This document shows positions 48,207 to 57,484 of a DNA stretch of 64,000 nt, in pieces. Both the position numbers and the translations under genes were made by a program. The notes under the pieces are model-generated. The model saw nothing but the letters and a program-made list of their open reading frames with translations, had not been told where the DNA came from and made no database searches. The stretch is from Lachnospiraceae bacterium UBA5895 (lineage in GTDB: Bacteria; Bacillota; Clostridia; Lachnospirales; Lachnospiraceae): the NCBI GenBank assembly GCA_002431915.1, contig DJEP01000026.1:9034-73033 (forward strand), read 5' to 3'. Numbering within the stretch: the first letter of the stretch is position 1; each line of letters begins with the position of its first letter.

Positions 48207-49613
48207 TTATTCTCTTCCATCCCAGCAATACGTACACAACTTCTCTCTGCCGATGCCCACGGACTCGATCATGTCATCCAGTCTCTGGAACTGCAGGGTG
48301 GTGAAATTCAGCTGTCTGCCGATACGGGATACCATTTCCGCATACTCCGGCGTATCGGGATCCACGTAATTTTTCAGGTCGATTTCTCTGCCTTCCTGCT
48401 CGATCTCTTTAATCACACGACGGGTGATCAGATCCATCTCGGAGGAGGATCTGGAGAAATTCAGATACTTACAACCGTATAATAACGGAGGGCATGCCGG
48501 ACGGATATGTACTTCCTTCGCACCGCTCTGGTATAAAAATTCCGTCGTCTCTCTCAGCTGTGTACCCCGGACAATGGAATCATCAATGAGCAGCAGGCTC
48601 TGATCCTGAATCAGATCGTGTACCGGGATCAGCTTCATCTTCGCAATCAGATTACGCTGGGTCTGAATCGTCGGCATAAAAGATCTGGGCCAGGTCGGTG
48701 TATACTTGATGAACGGACGGGAAAAAGGAATGCCCGAACGGTTCGCGTATCCCACTGCATGGGCGGTACCGGAATCCGGTACTCCCGCTACGATATCCGG
48801 CTTCACATTGTCGCGCTCCGCCAGCTTGGCGCCGCACTGATAACGCATTTTCTCAACACTGATGCCCTCATAGGATGAGGACGGATATCCGTAATAAACC
48901 CACAAAAACGTACAGATCTTCATGTCCTTGCCGGGCTGTACCAGTGTCCGCACACCTTCCGGCGTCACGACAGCGATCTCTCCCGGTCCCAGTTCACGTA
49001 CAGGCTGGTATCCCAGATTCAGATAGGCAAAACTTTCAAAGGAGACACAGTATGCTCCTTCTTTTTTGCCCACAGCCACCGGGGTCCGCCCCATCTTATC
49101 TCTGGCCGCATAGATTCCCTTCGGTGTCATGATCAGTAACGTCAGGGAACCGTCGATGATCTCCTGGGCATACTGGATGCCCTCCACCAGATTATCCTTC
49201 TGATTGACAATTGCCGCCACCAGTTCCGTGGCGTTGATATCTCCGCCGCTCATCTCCAGGAAATGGGAATGTCCTTTTGCGAACAGATCCTGAATGATGA
49301 CATCGATGTTATTGATTTTGCCTACCGTGGTAATGGCATAGGTTCCATGATGGGAACGCACCATCAGCGGCTGGGGTTCAAAATCGGAAATACATCCGAT
49401 ACCGAGATTCCCCCGCATCTCATTGACGTCCTTGTCGAACTTTGTACGGAACGGCGCATTCTCGATATTGTGGATGGCTCTGTTATAACCTTCCTCTTTG
49501 CTGTAGACTGCCATTCCGGCACGTCTGGTTCCCAGATGGGAATGATAGTCTGTTCCGAAAAACAGATCAAACACACAGTCTTCTTTTGCTGCGACTCCAA
49601 AAAATCCACCCAT
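48207..49613 (-). CDS. Amidophosphoribosyltransferase paralog lacking the N-terminal Cys nucleophile
   Basis: 468 aa and collinear with PurF. The N-terminus reads MGGFFGV instead of CGVFGV. The PRTase motif LLLIDDSIVRGTQ and the four Cys positions aligning with the Fe-S ligands are retained. Confidence 0.75.
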   Translation of the reverse strand: MGGFFGVAAKEDCVFDLFFGTDYHSHLGTRRAGMAVYSKEEGYNRAIHNIENAPFRTKFDKDVNEMRGNLGIGCISDFEPQPLMVRSHHGTYAITTVGKINNIDVIIQDLFAKGHSHFLEMSGGDINATELVAAIVNQKDNLVEGIQYAQEIIDGSLTLLIMTPKGIYAARDKMGRTPVAVGKKEGAYCVSFESFAYLNLGYQPVRELGPGEIAVVTPEGVRTLVQPGKDMKICTFLWVYYGYPSSSYEGISVEKMRYQCGAKLAERDNVKPDIVAGVPDSGTAHAVGYANRSGIPFSRPFIKYTPTWPRSFMPTIQTQRNLIAKMKLIPVHDLIQDQSLLLIDDSIVRGTQLRETTEFLYQSGAKEVHIRPACPPLLYGCKYLNFSRSSSEMDLITRRVIKEIEQEGREIDLKNYVDPDTPEYAEMVSRIGRQLNFTTLQFQRLDDMIESVGIGREKLCTYCWDGRE

Positions 49614-49712
49614 TTTTGTCTCCTGCTCTCTGCTGTTTATTTTACCGTAACGCAGAAAACCGCCATTGGCTTTTGGTCAAATGACGGGTTTCTGTGATTG
49701 TAACATTCCTAT

Positions 49713-51170
49713 TTATACATTGATCTCCGCTTTCACGCCCAGGAAATCCTTGTTTGCCTCCAGGATGGGATTGATCACATTTTTCAGGAAAGCGTCCACC
49801 TGTTCTTTGGAGCGTCCGATATATTTGGACGGATCCATGGATGCCTTCAGTTCCTCCAGTCCCATGGGGAATGCGGGATCTGCGGCGATCAGTTCCAACA
49901 GGTTGTTCTCCTTGCCTTCTACCTTCACATTGCGTCCGGCTTCCATGGAAAGCTCACGGATACGCTCATGCAGCTCCTGACGATTACCGCCTAACTTTAC
50001 AGCATCCATCATGATATTCTCGGTAGCCATGAAAGGAAGTTCGCTCATCAAGTGTTTCTCAATTACCTTCGGATATACCACCAGACCATCCACCACGTTC
50101 AGGCACAGATCCAGGATGCCATCGATGGCAAGGAAGCCTTCGGGAATGGACAGTCTCTTGTTAGCGGAGTCATCCAGGGTTCTCTCGAACCACTGGGTAG
50201 CGGAAGTAATGGCGGGATTCAGGGCATCTACCATCACATAACGGGACAGGGAAGCAATACGCTCACTTCTCATGGGATTACGCTTATATGCCATAGCGGA
50301 GGAACCGATCTGATTCTTCTCGAAGGGTTCTTCCACTTCCTTCAGATGCTGTAACAGACGGATGTCATTGCTCATCTTGTGTGCGGATGCCGCAATACCT
50401 GCCAGTACATTGGCTACTCTGGTATCCACCTTACGGGAATAGGTCTGTCCGGATACGGGATAGCACTCCTTGAAGCCCATCTTGGCGGCGATCATGGGAT
50501 CGATCTTGTCGATGGTCTCCTGATCTCCGTTGAACAGCTCCAGGAAGGATGCCTGGGTTCCGGTGGTTCCCTTGGAGCCTAACAGCTTCATGGTATTCAG
50601 AACATGATCCAGGTCTTCCAGATCCAAAGAGAACTCCTGCAGCCACAGTGTTGCTCTCTTACCTACGGTCGTAGGCTGTGCAGGCTGAAAATGAGTAAAT
50701 GCCAGGGTCGGCTGTGCCTTATACTTGTCTGCAAAGTCAGCCAGTTCCTTCATGACATTGATCAGCTTTTTTCTGACTAATTTCAGTGCTTCTGTCATCA
50801 CAATAATATCGGTGTTGTCACCCACATAACAGGAAGTAGCACCCAGATGGATGATTCCGGCTGCCTTGGGGCACTGCTGTCCGTATGCATAAACATGGCT
50901 CATAACATCATGACGTACCAGCTTCTCACGCTCTTTTGCCACATCATAGTTGATGTCTTCGGCGTGTGCCTTCAGCTCCTCGATCTGTTCATCTGTGATG
51001 ACGGGTTTGCCATCCTGGGACAGTCCCAGCTCTTTCTCCGTCTCTGCCAGTGCGATCCACAGCTTTCTCCAGGTGCGGAATTTCATATCCGGGGAGAAAA
51101 TATACTGCATCTCCTTGCTGGCATAGCGTTCGGATAACGGGCTCTGATATCTGTCTGTACCTGTACTCAT
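49713..51170 (-). CDS. purB: Adenylosuccinate lyase
   Basis: Fumarate lyase signature GSSAMAYKRNP. Start placed at MSTGTDRYQSPL (51170, SD AGAGGAG). The track extension to 51251 runs into repeat copy B. Confidence 0.95.
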   Translation of the reverse strand: MSTGTDRYQSPLSERYASKEMQYIFSPDMKFRTWRKLWIALAETEKELGLSQDGKPVITDEQIEELKAHAEDINYDVAKEREKLVRHDVMSHVYAYGQQCPKAAGIIHLGATSCYVGDNTDIIVMTEALKLVRKKLINVMKELADFADKYKAQPTLAFTHFQPAQPTTVGKRATLWLQEFSLDLEDLDHVLNTMKLLGSKGTTGTQASFLELFNGDQETIDKIDPMIAAKMGFKECYPVSGQTYSRKVDTRVANVLAGIAASAHKMSNDIRLLQHLKEVEEPFEKNQIGSSAMAYKRNPMRSERIASLSRYVMVDALNPAITSATQWFERTLDDSANKRLSIPEGFLAIDGILDLCLNVVDGLVVYPKVIEKHLMSELPFMATENIMMDAVKLGGNRQELHERIRELSMEAGRNVKVEGKENNLLELIAADPAFPMGLEELKASMDPSKYIGRSKEQVDAFLKNVINPILEANKDFLGVKAEINV

Positions 51171-51201
51171 TTGTCTGCTCCTCTTATTTTCTAAATTATT
51201 G

Positions 51202-51308
51202 CAACTATTCCAAACCCATCCCTCACATTTCCAAAATCGTATGACTCTCATACTTTCCCGCTGCTCCGCGCTGATTTTGTTCTTATTCTAAGGGGTTCTG
51301 AATAGTTA
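51202..51308. repeat. Copy B of the AACTATTCAG-terminus repeat family
   Basis: CAACTATTCCAAACCC ... GGGGTTCTGAATAGTTA. It fills almost the whole purF-purB spacer. Confidence 0.7.
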
Positions 51309-51312
51309 TTGT

Positions 51313-52764
51313 TTATTTGTCAAACTCTCCGCGAATATCCTCCTCGGGCGGTTCCATCGGATATTTCCCTGTAAAGCATCCCTTACAGATGCCGAGCCTG
51401 CCGCCTACCAGTTCTTCCAGTCTCTCGATCTTCAGATAGTCCAGACTGTCCGTACCGATGAGATCACTGATCTCTTTGATGGAACGATTATAGGCGATCA
51501 GCTGGTCTCTCGCCGGAACATCCGTACCGAAATAGCAGGGCCACAGAAAAGGCGGTGAACTGACTCTCATATGGACTTCCTTCGCTCCTACCTCCCGTAA
51601 CATCTTCACGATACGGTCGGAGGTGGTGCCGCGGACAATGGAATCATCGATCATAATGACACGCTTGCCTTCCACGGCTTTCCGGATGGGATTTAACTTG
51701 ACCTGAACACTGCTCTCTCTGCTCTTCTGCTTCGGCTTGATAAAGGTTCTGCCCACATAGGCATTTTTCACGAATCCCATACCGTAAGGAATTCCGGACT
51801 GCATAGAATATCCCATGGCAGCACAGTTACCGGACTCCGGCACGCCGATGACCAGATCCGCATCCACCGGGGAATCCATAGCCAGGAACTTTCCTGCCAG
51901 AATACGGGAATCGTACACACTGATTCCGTCGATGAAGCTGTCGGGTCTGGCGAAATAAATATACTCAAAAATACATCTTGCGGTATCCGCAGGCTTCAAT
52001 ACATGGGTAGTGTCGGACTCGATCCCCTTCTCCGGAGATATGGTCACGATCTCTCCGGGTAACACATCCCGGACAAATTCTGCCCCTACCGTATCTAGAG
52101 CACAGGTCTCACTGGACAGAAAATAGGCATTATCTCTCTTACCGATACATAAAGGCTTAAAACCATAAGGATCTCTGGCACCGATCAGCTTCCTCGGAGA
52201 CATCACCACCAGGGAGTAGGCTCCCTTGATCTTCGTCATGGCTCTGCCTACCGCTTCCTCGACGGATTTGGAGTTCAGGCGCTCTCTGGCAATATGGTAC
52301 GCAATGACCTCGGAGTCAATGGTGGTCTGGAAGATCGCTCCGGTATACTCCAGCTCTCTCCGCAGCTCCGGAGCGTTGATCAGATTACCGTTATGCGCCA
52401 GTCCCAAAGTACCTTTTACATAGTTAAGCACCAGGGGCTGTGCATTCTCTCTGGTGGAGCCGCCCGCCGTGGAATAGCGGACATGGCCAACACCGATGTC
52501 ACCCTTTAATTTTTCCAGGTGCTCCGGTGTAAATGCCTCGTTGACCAGTCCCATATCCTTGCTGCTTAATACTTTTCCTTTGGGACCGTTCGTATCGCTG
52601 ACGGCGATACCGCAGCTCTCCTGTCCTCTGTGCTGCAACGCCAGAAGCCCGTAATAGATCGTGGATGCCACATCGTGTCCGTCAAAATCGTACACACCGA
52701 AGACACCGCATTCTTCCTTTAATTTATCATTATTTTCCGTCTGGATATAAATGTTGTCCGTCAC
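51313..52764 (-). CDS. purF: Amidophosphoribosyltransferase (canonical, with propeptide)
   Basis: GTG start and an 18-aa propeptide, then CGVFGV. HNGNLIN, the PRTase motif VIMIDDSIVRGTT and the Fe-S Cys ligands are present. Confidence 0.95.
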   Translation of the reverse strand: MTDNIYIQTENNDKLKEECGVFGVYDFDGHDVASTIYYGLLALQHRGQESCGIAVSDTNGPKGKVLSSKDMGLVNEAFTPEHLEKLKGDIGVGHVRYSTAGGSTRENAQPLVLNYVKGTLGLAHNGNLINAPELRRELEYTGAIFQTTIDSEVIAYHIARERLNSKSVEEAVGRAMTKIKGAYSLVVMSPRKLIGARDPYGFKPLCIGKRDNAYFLSSETCALDTVGAEFVRDVLPGEIVTISPEKGIESDTTHVLKPADTARCIFEYIYFARPDSFIDGISVYDSRILAGKFLAMDSPVDADLVIGVPESGNCAAMGYSMQSGIPYGMGFVKNAYVGRTFIKPKQKSRESSVQVKLNPIRKAVEGKRVIMIDDSIVRGTTSDRIVKMLREVGAKEVHMRVSSPPFLWPCYFGTDVPARDQLIAYNRSIKEISDLIGTDSLDYLKIERLEELVGGRLGICKGCFTGKYPMEPPEEDIRGEFDK

Positions 52765-52821
52765 CTGTAAGCCTTACCTTTCCTGCCTGCCCCCGCAAAA
52801 AAGAATACCCGAAAACGTTAT

Positions 52822-53697
52822 TTACAGTTCCCTGCCTGTCAGCATCTTGTATGCCTGAAGATATTTGTCGATGGTCTTCTGCACGATATCCTCCGGCAGC
52901 TTCCAGCCCTTTTCTGGGTTGGCTTTCAGCCAGTCTCTTGCAAACTGCTTGTCAAAGGAAGGCTGTCCGTGACCGGGCTCATAGCCGTCTACCGGCCAGA
53001 AACGGGAACTGTCGGGAGTCAGTACTTCATCTCCCAGTACCATGTTGCCGTTCTCGTCCAGACCGAACTCAAACTTGGTATCTGCGATAATAATTCCTCT
53101 GGTCAGTGCGTAATCCGCACACTTTTTATAAATAGCGATGGTATAGTCACGAAGCTTGGCAGCATATTCTGCTCCCTTGCCCGGGAAACGCTTCTCCAGA
53201 TATTCCACACTCTGCTCATAGGAGATGTTCTCATCATGATCTCCGATCTCCGCCTTGGTGGAAGGGGTATAGATGGGCTCAGGAAGCTTGTCTGCCTCCT
53301 TCAGACCTTCCGGAAGCTTAATACCGCAAACGGTACCGTTCTTCTTGTAGCTTTCCCAGCCGCTTCCGGTAATGTATCCACGAACGATGCACTCGATGGG
53401 GAGCATGTTCAGCTTCTTGCACATCATGCTGTTACCGTCAAATTTCGGCTGTCTGAAAAATTCAGGCATATCATTGACATCTACAGATACCATATGATTG
53501 GGAATCACATCCTCTGTCATGTCAAACCAGAATTTCGACATCTGGGTCAATACAGTTCCCTTCTTCGTTACTGTGTTGTCCAAGATCACATCAAAGCAGC
53601 TGATACGGTCAGTTGCCACCATGATCAGGGTGTCTCCGTTGTCGTAGATCTCACGAACTTTGCCTTCCTTGATCGGTTTCATTTCCTGTACGCTCAT
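52822..53697 (-). CDS. purC: Phosphoribosylaminoimidazole-succinocarboxamide synthase
   Basis: 291 aa and collinear with long-form SAICAR synthases ([26 protein letters not shown]). Confidence 0.93.
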   Translation of the reverse strand: MSVQEMKPIKEGKVREIYDNGDTLIMVATDRISCFDVILDNTVTKKGTVLTQMSKFWFDMTEDVIPNHMVSVDVNDMPEFFRQPKFDGNSMMCKKLNMLPIECIVRGYITGSGWESYKKNGTVCGIKLPEGLKEADKLPEPIYTPSTKAEIGDHDENISYEQSVEYLEKRFPGKGAEYAAKLRDYTIAIYKKCADYALTRGIIIADTKFEFGLDENGNMVLGDEVLTPDSSRFWPVDGYEPGHGQPSFDKQFARDWLKANPEKGWKLPEDIVQKTIDKYLQAYKMLTGREL

Positions 53698-53734
53698 ACC
53701 ATCAGTCCTCGCATTCTTATGTTTTCAATTTTTT

Positions 53735-53830
53735 GCAACTATTCAGAGCCATGTAAATATCAATGAATATTCGGCGAATGCTGGCATTCGTAAGAATATT
53801 TATCGATATTTATAGGGCTCTGAATAGTTA
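53735..53830. repeat. Copy C (cleanest, 96 bp) of the AACTATTCAG-terminus repeat family
   Basis: Perfect 14-bp terminal inverted repeat AACTATTCAGAGCC / GGCTCTGAATAGTT, with internal palindrome CGAATGC-TG-GCATTCG. Confidence 0.8.
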
Positions 53831-53846
53831 CTGTTTCCTTTGGAAT

Positions 53847-53873
53847 AGGTGTGGGTCAGATAAACCCACACCT
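53847..53873. other. Perfect 10-bp hairpin without a U-tract
   Basis: AGGTGTGGGT-cagataa-ACCCACACCT, lying between the ABC ATPase stop and repeat copy C. Confidence 0.4.
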
Positions 53874-53912
53874 AATAGATAAACAGATTTGCGAAAAAAA
53901 ATCAATATATTT

Positions 53913-54698
53913 TTATTGCAGTTTTCCGATAAATTCCCGAACCCGGGCATTTTCCGTGGCAAAAAGCTGTTCGGGAGAACCTTCCTCCACGATCACACCC
54001 TGCTCCATGAAAATGATGCGGTCGGATACCTCTCTTGCAAACTGCATCTCATGGGTCACGATGATCATGGTCATATGCTCACTTGCCAGCTGTCTGATAA
54101 CCTTCAATACTTCCGCAGTCAGTTCCGGATCCAGTGCCGAGGTCGGCTCATCGAAGAACAGAATCTTGGGCTGCAGCGCCAGTGCCCTGGCTATGGATAC
54201 TCTCTGCTGCTGTCCGCCGGATAACTGGTAAGGGTAGGCGTCTGCCTTATCCGACAGTCCTAACTGTGCCAGCAGCTTCTCCGCCCTCTCCACAGCTTCT
54301 GTGCGGCTTACCTTATCCACATGGATCGGCGCATCGATGATATTTTTCATCACCGTATAATGAGGAAACAGGTTAAAGTTCTGGAACACCAGTCCGAAGC
54401 ATTTGCGGATCTTATGTAATTCCGCTTTCGATGCGTATTCGCACTGTACTCTGCCGTTTTTATCCGTCTTCTCCGAAGCCGCCGTCTGTCCTAAATAGAT
54501 CAGCTCGCCGCCGTCCATTTTCTCCAAAAGCGTTGCACAGCGAAGCAGTGTGGACTTACCGGAACCGGAGGGTCCGATGATGGAGACGACCTCTCCCTTT
54601 TTCACAGTCAGGGAGATATCCTTCAGTACTCCGTTGCCGTCAAAACTTTTTTTCACATGATTCATTTCTAAGAGGATTTCTCCGTCTGTCTGTCCCAT
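53913..54698 (-). CDS. Polar amino acid ABC transporter ATP-binding protein
   Basis: Walker A GPSGSGKST, signature LSGGQQQRV and Walker B ILFFDEPTS. Confidence 0.92.
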   Translation of the reverse strand: MGQTDGEILLEMNHVKKSFDGNGVLKDISLTVKKGEVVSIIGPSGSGKSTLLRCATLLEKMDGGELIYLGQTAASEKTDKNGRVQCEYASKAELHKIRKCFGLVFQNFNLFPHYTVMKNIIDAPIHVDKVSRTEAVERAEKLLAQLGLSDKADAYPYQLSGGQQQRVSIARALALQPKILFFDEPTSALDPELTAEVLKVIRQLASEHMTMIIVTHEMQFAREVSDRIIFMEQGVIVEEGSPEQLFATENARVREFIGKLQ

Positions 54699-54712
54699 AT
54701 ACGTTACTGCTC

Positions 54713-55363
54713 CTATCTGTAATAAGATGTCTTCTTCTCCAGGTATTCCATGAAGGATGCCACGACGAGATTGAAGATATAGTAGAACACACCTGCGGCT
54801 AACAGCGGAACCACACTGGTCTGTGCGGCTCCGATCTGCTTCGCCACCGTGAACATCTCCGCGATGGAGATGGTAAATGCCATAGAAGTATCCTTAACTA
54901 ACGTAATGGTCTCATTGGTCACCGGCGGAAGAACCCGCTTCACCACCTGCGGCAGAATAATCTTTACGAAGGTCTGTGCCTTACTGTAGCCCAGCACCTG
55001 CGCTGCCTCGTACTGCCCCACCGGAATGGATTCGATACCCGCACGGTAGATCTCTGCGAAATATGCCGCATAATTGATCACGAATGCCACGATCACCGCC
55101 GGGAAACGATACCCCGTCCCCACCTGCATGCGGAACACATAAAAAGGGGCGAAATACACCACGATGATCTGTAACATCAGAGGGGTTCCTCTCATGATGG
55201 ATATGTATATTTTGGAAATAATCCGGATCACCTTACATCCCGACATTCTTCCGAAGGCTACAATCAACCCCAGAGGAAGGGAGAATAAAAGGGTCAGTAC
55301 AAATATTTCCACCGTTATCAGAAAGCCCTCTGCCAGCTGGGCACACATGGTCAGCAAACTCAT
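54713..55363 (-). CDS. Polar amino acid ABC transporter permease
   Basis: 216 aa with five TM; His/Glu/Gln/Arg/opine family appearance. Confidence 0.9.
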   Translation of the reverse strand: MSLLTMCAQLAEGFLITVEIFVLTLLFSLPLGLIVAFGRMSGCKVIRIISKIYISIMRGTPLMLQIIVVYFAPFYVFRMQVGTGYRFPAVIVAFVINYAAYFAEIYRAGIESIPVGQYEAAQVLGYSKAQTFVKIILPQVVKRVLPPVTNETITLVKDTSMAFTISIAEMFTVAKQIGAAQTSVVPLLAAGVFYYIFNLVVASFMEYLEKKTSYYR

Positions 55364-55411
55364 GAAATCTACTCCTTAACTCACTCAACCCACTTTACGA
55401 TTTGCGGTTGA

Positions 55412-56212
55412 TTATTTACCGAGGCAGACACTGTCGGTCAGTCCCCATTTTTCAGCGATCTGTGTGAAGGTACCGTCTGCTGCCATCTCATCCAGTGTCT
55501 TCTGTACGGTATCTCTTAACTCATCGTTGCCCTTTAAGAAGCCTACGGCATACTGCTCTACTGCCAGCTTGTTGTCCTCGCCCTGTAACATAACAAACTT
55601 CCCTGCTTCTCTCTGATCGATCTGGTACTGTGCCACACCGATGTCAATAGCCACAGCGTCTACCGCGCCCTGCTCCAGATCCATGAAAGCCGTGTTGTAA
55701 TCCGCATATTCAATCAGCTGCGCAAAGGAATCGCGAAGTGCGATATTGTCTGCGTTCTCTTCGTCATTGAGTGCAGCCAGTGCGGAAGAATCCTTCTGTA
55801 CCGCTACGACCTTGCCTGCCAGTTCTTCCTTATTCTGTACACCGGAAGCGGATGCTACGACGAATACCTGGCTGTTGTCAATGTAGGGCTCTGTCCAGGT
55901 GTAGGCATCCTCTCTGCCGTTCATGGTGAAACCGTTCCAAATACAGTCAATGGCTCCGGAGGAAAGTTCCATATCCTTGGCATCCCAGTCGATAGGCTGC
56001 TTTACCAGTTCCCACCCCTGTCTCTTACATACTTCCGCTGCCAGATCCAGGTCAAAGCCTACATATTCTCCACTGTCATCACGATATCCGTAAGGGGGAA
56101 ACTCCGCATCGAAACCTACGGTAAATGATTTCTCAGATCCTTTAGAACCACAGCCGGTAAGAACACCTGCTGCCATGCTGATTGCCAGTAATGCCACTAA
56201 TACTCTTTTCAT
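55412..56212 (-). CDS. Amino acid ABC transporter substrate-binding lipoprotein
   Basis: Lipobox LTGCGS and family 3 SBP appearance. Start placed at MKRVLVALL (56212, SD GGGAGGA). Confidence 0.85.
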   Translation of the reverse strand: MKRVLVALLAISMAAGVLTGCGSKGSEKSFTVGFDAEFPPYGYRDDSGEYVGFDLDLAAEVCKRQGWELVKQPIDWDAKDMELSSGAIDCIWNGFTMNGREDAYTWTEPYIDNSQVFVVASASGVQNKEELAGKVVAVQKDSSALAALNDEENADNIALRDSFAQLIEYADYNTAFMDLEQGAVDAVAIDIGVAQYQIDQREAGKFVMLQGEDNKLAVEQYAVGFLKGNDELRDTVQKTLDEMAADGTFTQIAEKWGLTDSVCLGK

Positions 56213-56273
56213 AATACATCCTCCCGTCTTGTCACTCATATACTTTAGTATGGTAAATCGCTAACACGGTGTC

Positions 56274-56303
56274 ATAGTAACACAACGAGAGGGGTCTTGT
56301 CAA
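56274..56303 (-). promoter_or_regulatory. Candidate promoter for the amino acid ABC operon
   Basis: Minus strand reads TTGACA - 18 nt - TACTAT, immediately after the stop of the upstream gene. Confidence 0.4.
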
Positions 56304-56307
56304 TTCT

Positions 56308-57468
56308 TTATCGGTCGTAACGCTCCACCATAGAGAGGATCTCCTGCGCGTATTTCGGATACAGCGCCGCCACTTCTTTTACTTCATTGCGGGCACTCTC
56401 CGCCACTTCCTGATTATAATCCATCTGTTTGCGGAGCGCCTGTCTTCTCTGGATCAGTTCATGGCGGATTTCCACCATCTCGCGTTTATCCAAAAGTGCC
56501 GCTGTCTGACCGATCCACCGCTCCGGCATCTGCACGCGGTAGTTCGACAGCTGTTCCACCAATTGTTTCTGATAATACTCTGTCTTCGCTTCCGCTTCCG
56601 CGAACTGCTTGCGCTCTTCCTTTTCATCCTGGTACATTTTCCAGCGTTTCTCCAGCTTTGCCGCACTGTCCGTATTGTATTTCAGATAGAGATATTCCAT
56701 CAGCTGACAGTTGTTCACATAGCGGATTTTGACCTTATTCTGCAGTTGGATGATCTTGTTGATGGTCTTCTCCACCCGCTGCAGTTCCCGTCCGGCATCC
56801 ATATATTTGATGCAGACATAGGAAATCGCCACGGCACCCGCTCCCACTGCCAGAAACAGTCCCACATAGACATCCATCTCAAATCCGAACTGTAAGATTG
56901 CCAGCATGATCACACACACCACCAGTGCCGTAAAAAATATCACCGCCATCCCTCTCTGATTGTTCATCAGATTCTCCAGTTCGTTCCTCCGGTATTCGTA
57001 AGCATGTCTCTCTCCGTCCAGTCTGTGCAGATCCTGTCTGACCAGATTGCCGTATTTTTCGCCCTCACGGATCTTTTGGATTCCCTCTTCGATCTCGTCT
57101 TCTCTCTTGCGGATCGCATAGAAATCCGCATCCCGCATGCGGTTCTTTTTCTCCCGGTATTTGTTGCGTTCCTGCTCCAGACCTGCCAGTTTGGCAGCGG
57201 TACGGTTGACCTCCGAGCGCTGCTCCTCGGGCAGAGCCTCGATCTCATCCGTATCCGTCAGGTAGGACGTCACTAACGTATACTCTCCGGTCAGAAGGTC
57301 GATTTCCCTGGAAGCTTCCGCAATCTGCTCGAGGCAGTTTACAATATAACGCTTTCTTTGGTCCTCCTCGTCAAAGTTCACACCGTTCCGGGTATAGACC
57401 AGCTGTTCCCAGTCTTCCTCCTGCTGTACCGGTTCTTTTTTCTTAAAAAAGCGGTTCCACCACGCCAT
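56308..57468 (-). CDS. Uncharacterised bitopic protein: coiled-coil / TM hairpin / coiled-coil
   Basis: 386-aa ORF, 16 nt downstream of the preceding gene. It has two central TM segments (MAVIFFTALVVCVIMLAILQF, VYVGLFLAVGAGAVAISYVCI) flanked by charged heptad-like regions. Confidence 0.65.
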   Translation of the reverse strand: MAWWNRFFKKKEPVQQEEDWEQLVYTRNGVNFDEEDQRKRYIVNCLEQIAEASREIDLLTGEYTLVTSYLTDTDEIEALPEEQRSEVNRTAAKLAGLEQERNKYREKKNRMRDADFYAIRKREDEIEEGIQKIREGEKYGNLVRQDLHRLDGERHAYEYRRNELENLMNNQRGMAVIFFTALVVCVIMLAILQFGFEMDVYVGLFLAVGAGAVAISYVCIKYMDAGRELQRVEKTINKIIQLQNKVKIRYVNNCQLMEYLYLKYNTDSAAKLEKRWKMYQDEKEERKQFAEAEAKTEYYQKQLVEQLSNYRVQMPERWIGQTAALLDKREMVEIRHELIQRRQALRKQMDYNQEVAESARNEVKEVAALYPKYAQEILSMVERYDR

Positions 57469-57484
57469 ACTTTTCTCCTGTCTG

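Noticed and set aside
51171-51251. 27-residue N-terminal extension of purB (MRVIRFWKCEGWVWNSCNNLENKRSRQ)
   Set aside because: It is translated from repeat copy B. The internal start has an excellent SD (AGAGGAG) and gives a normal PurB N-terminus.
52969-53766. 265-aa plus-strand ORF
   Set aside because: It is antisense to purC and extends into repeat copy C. It has no SD.
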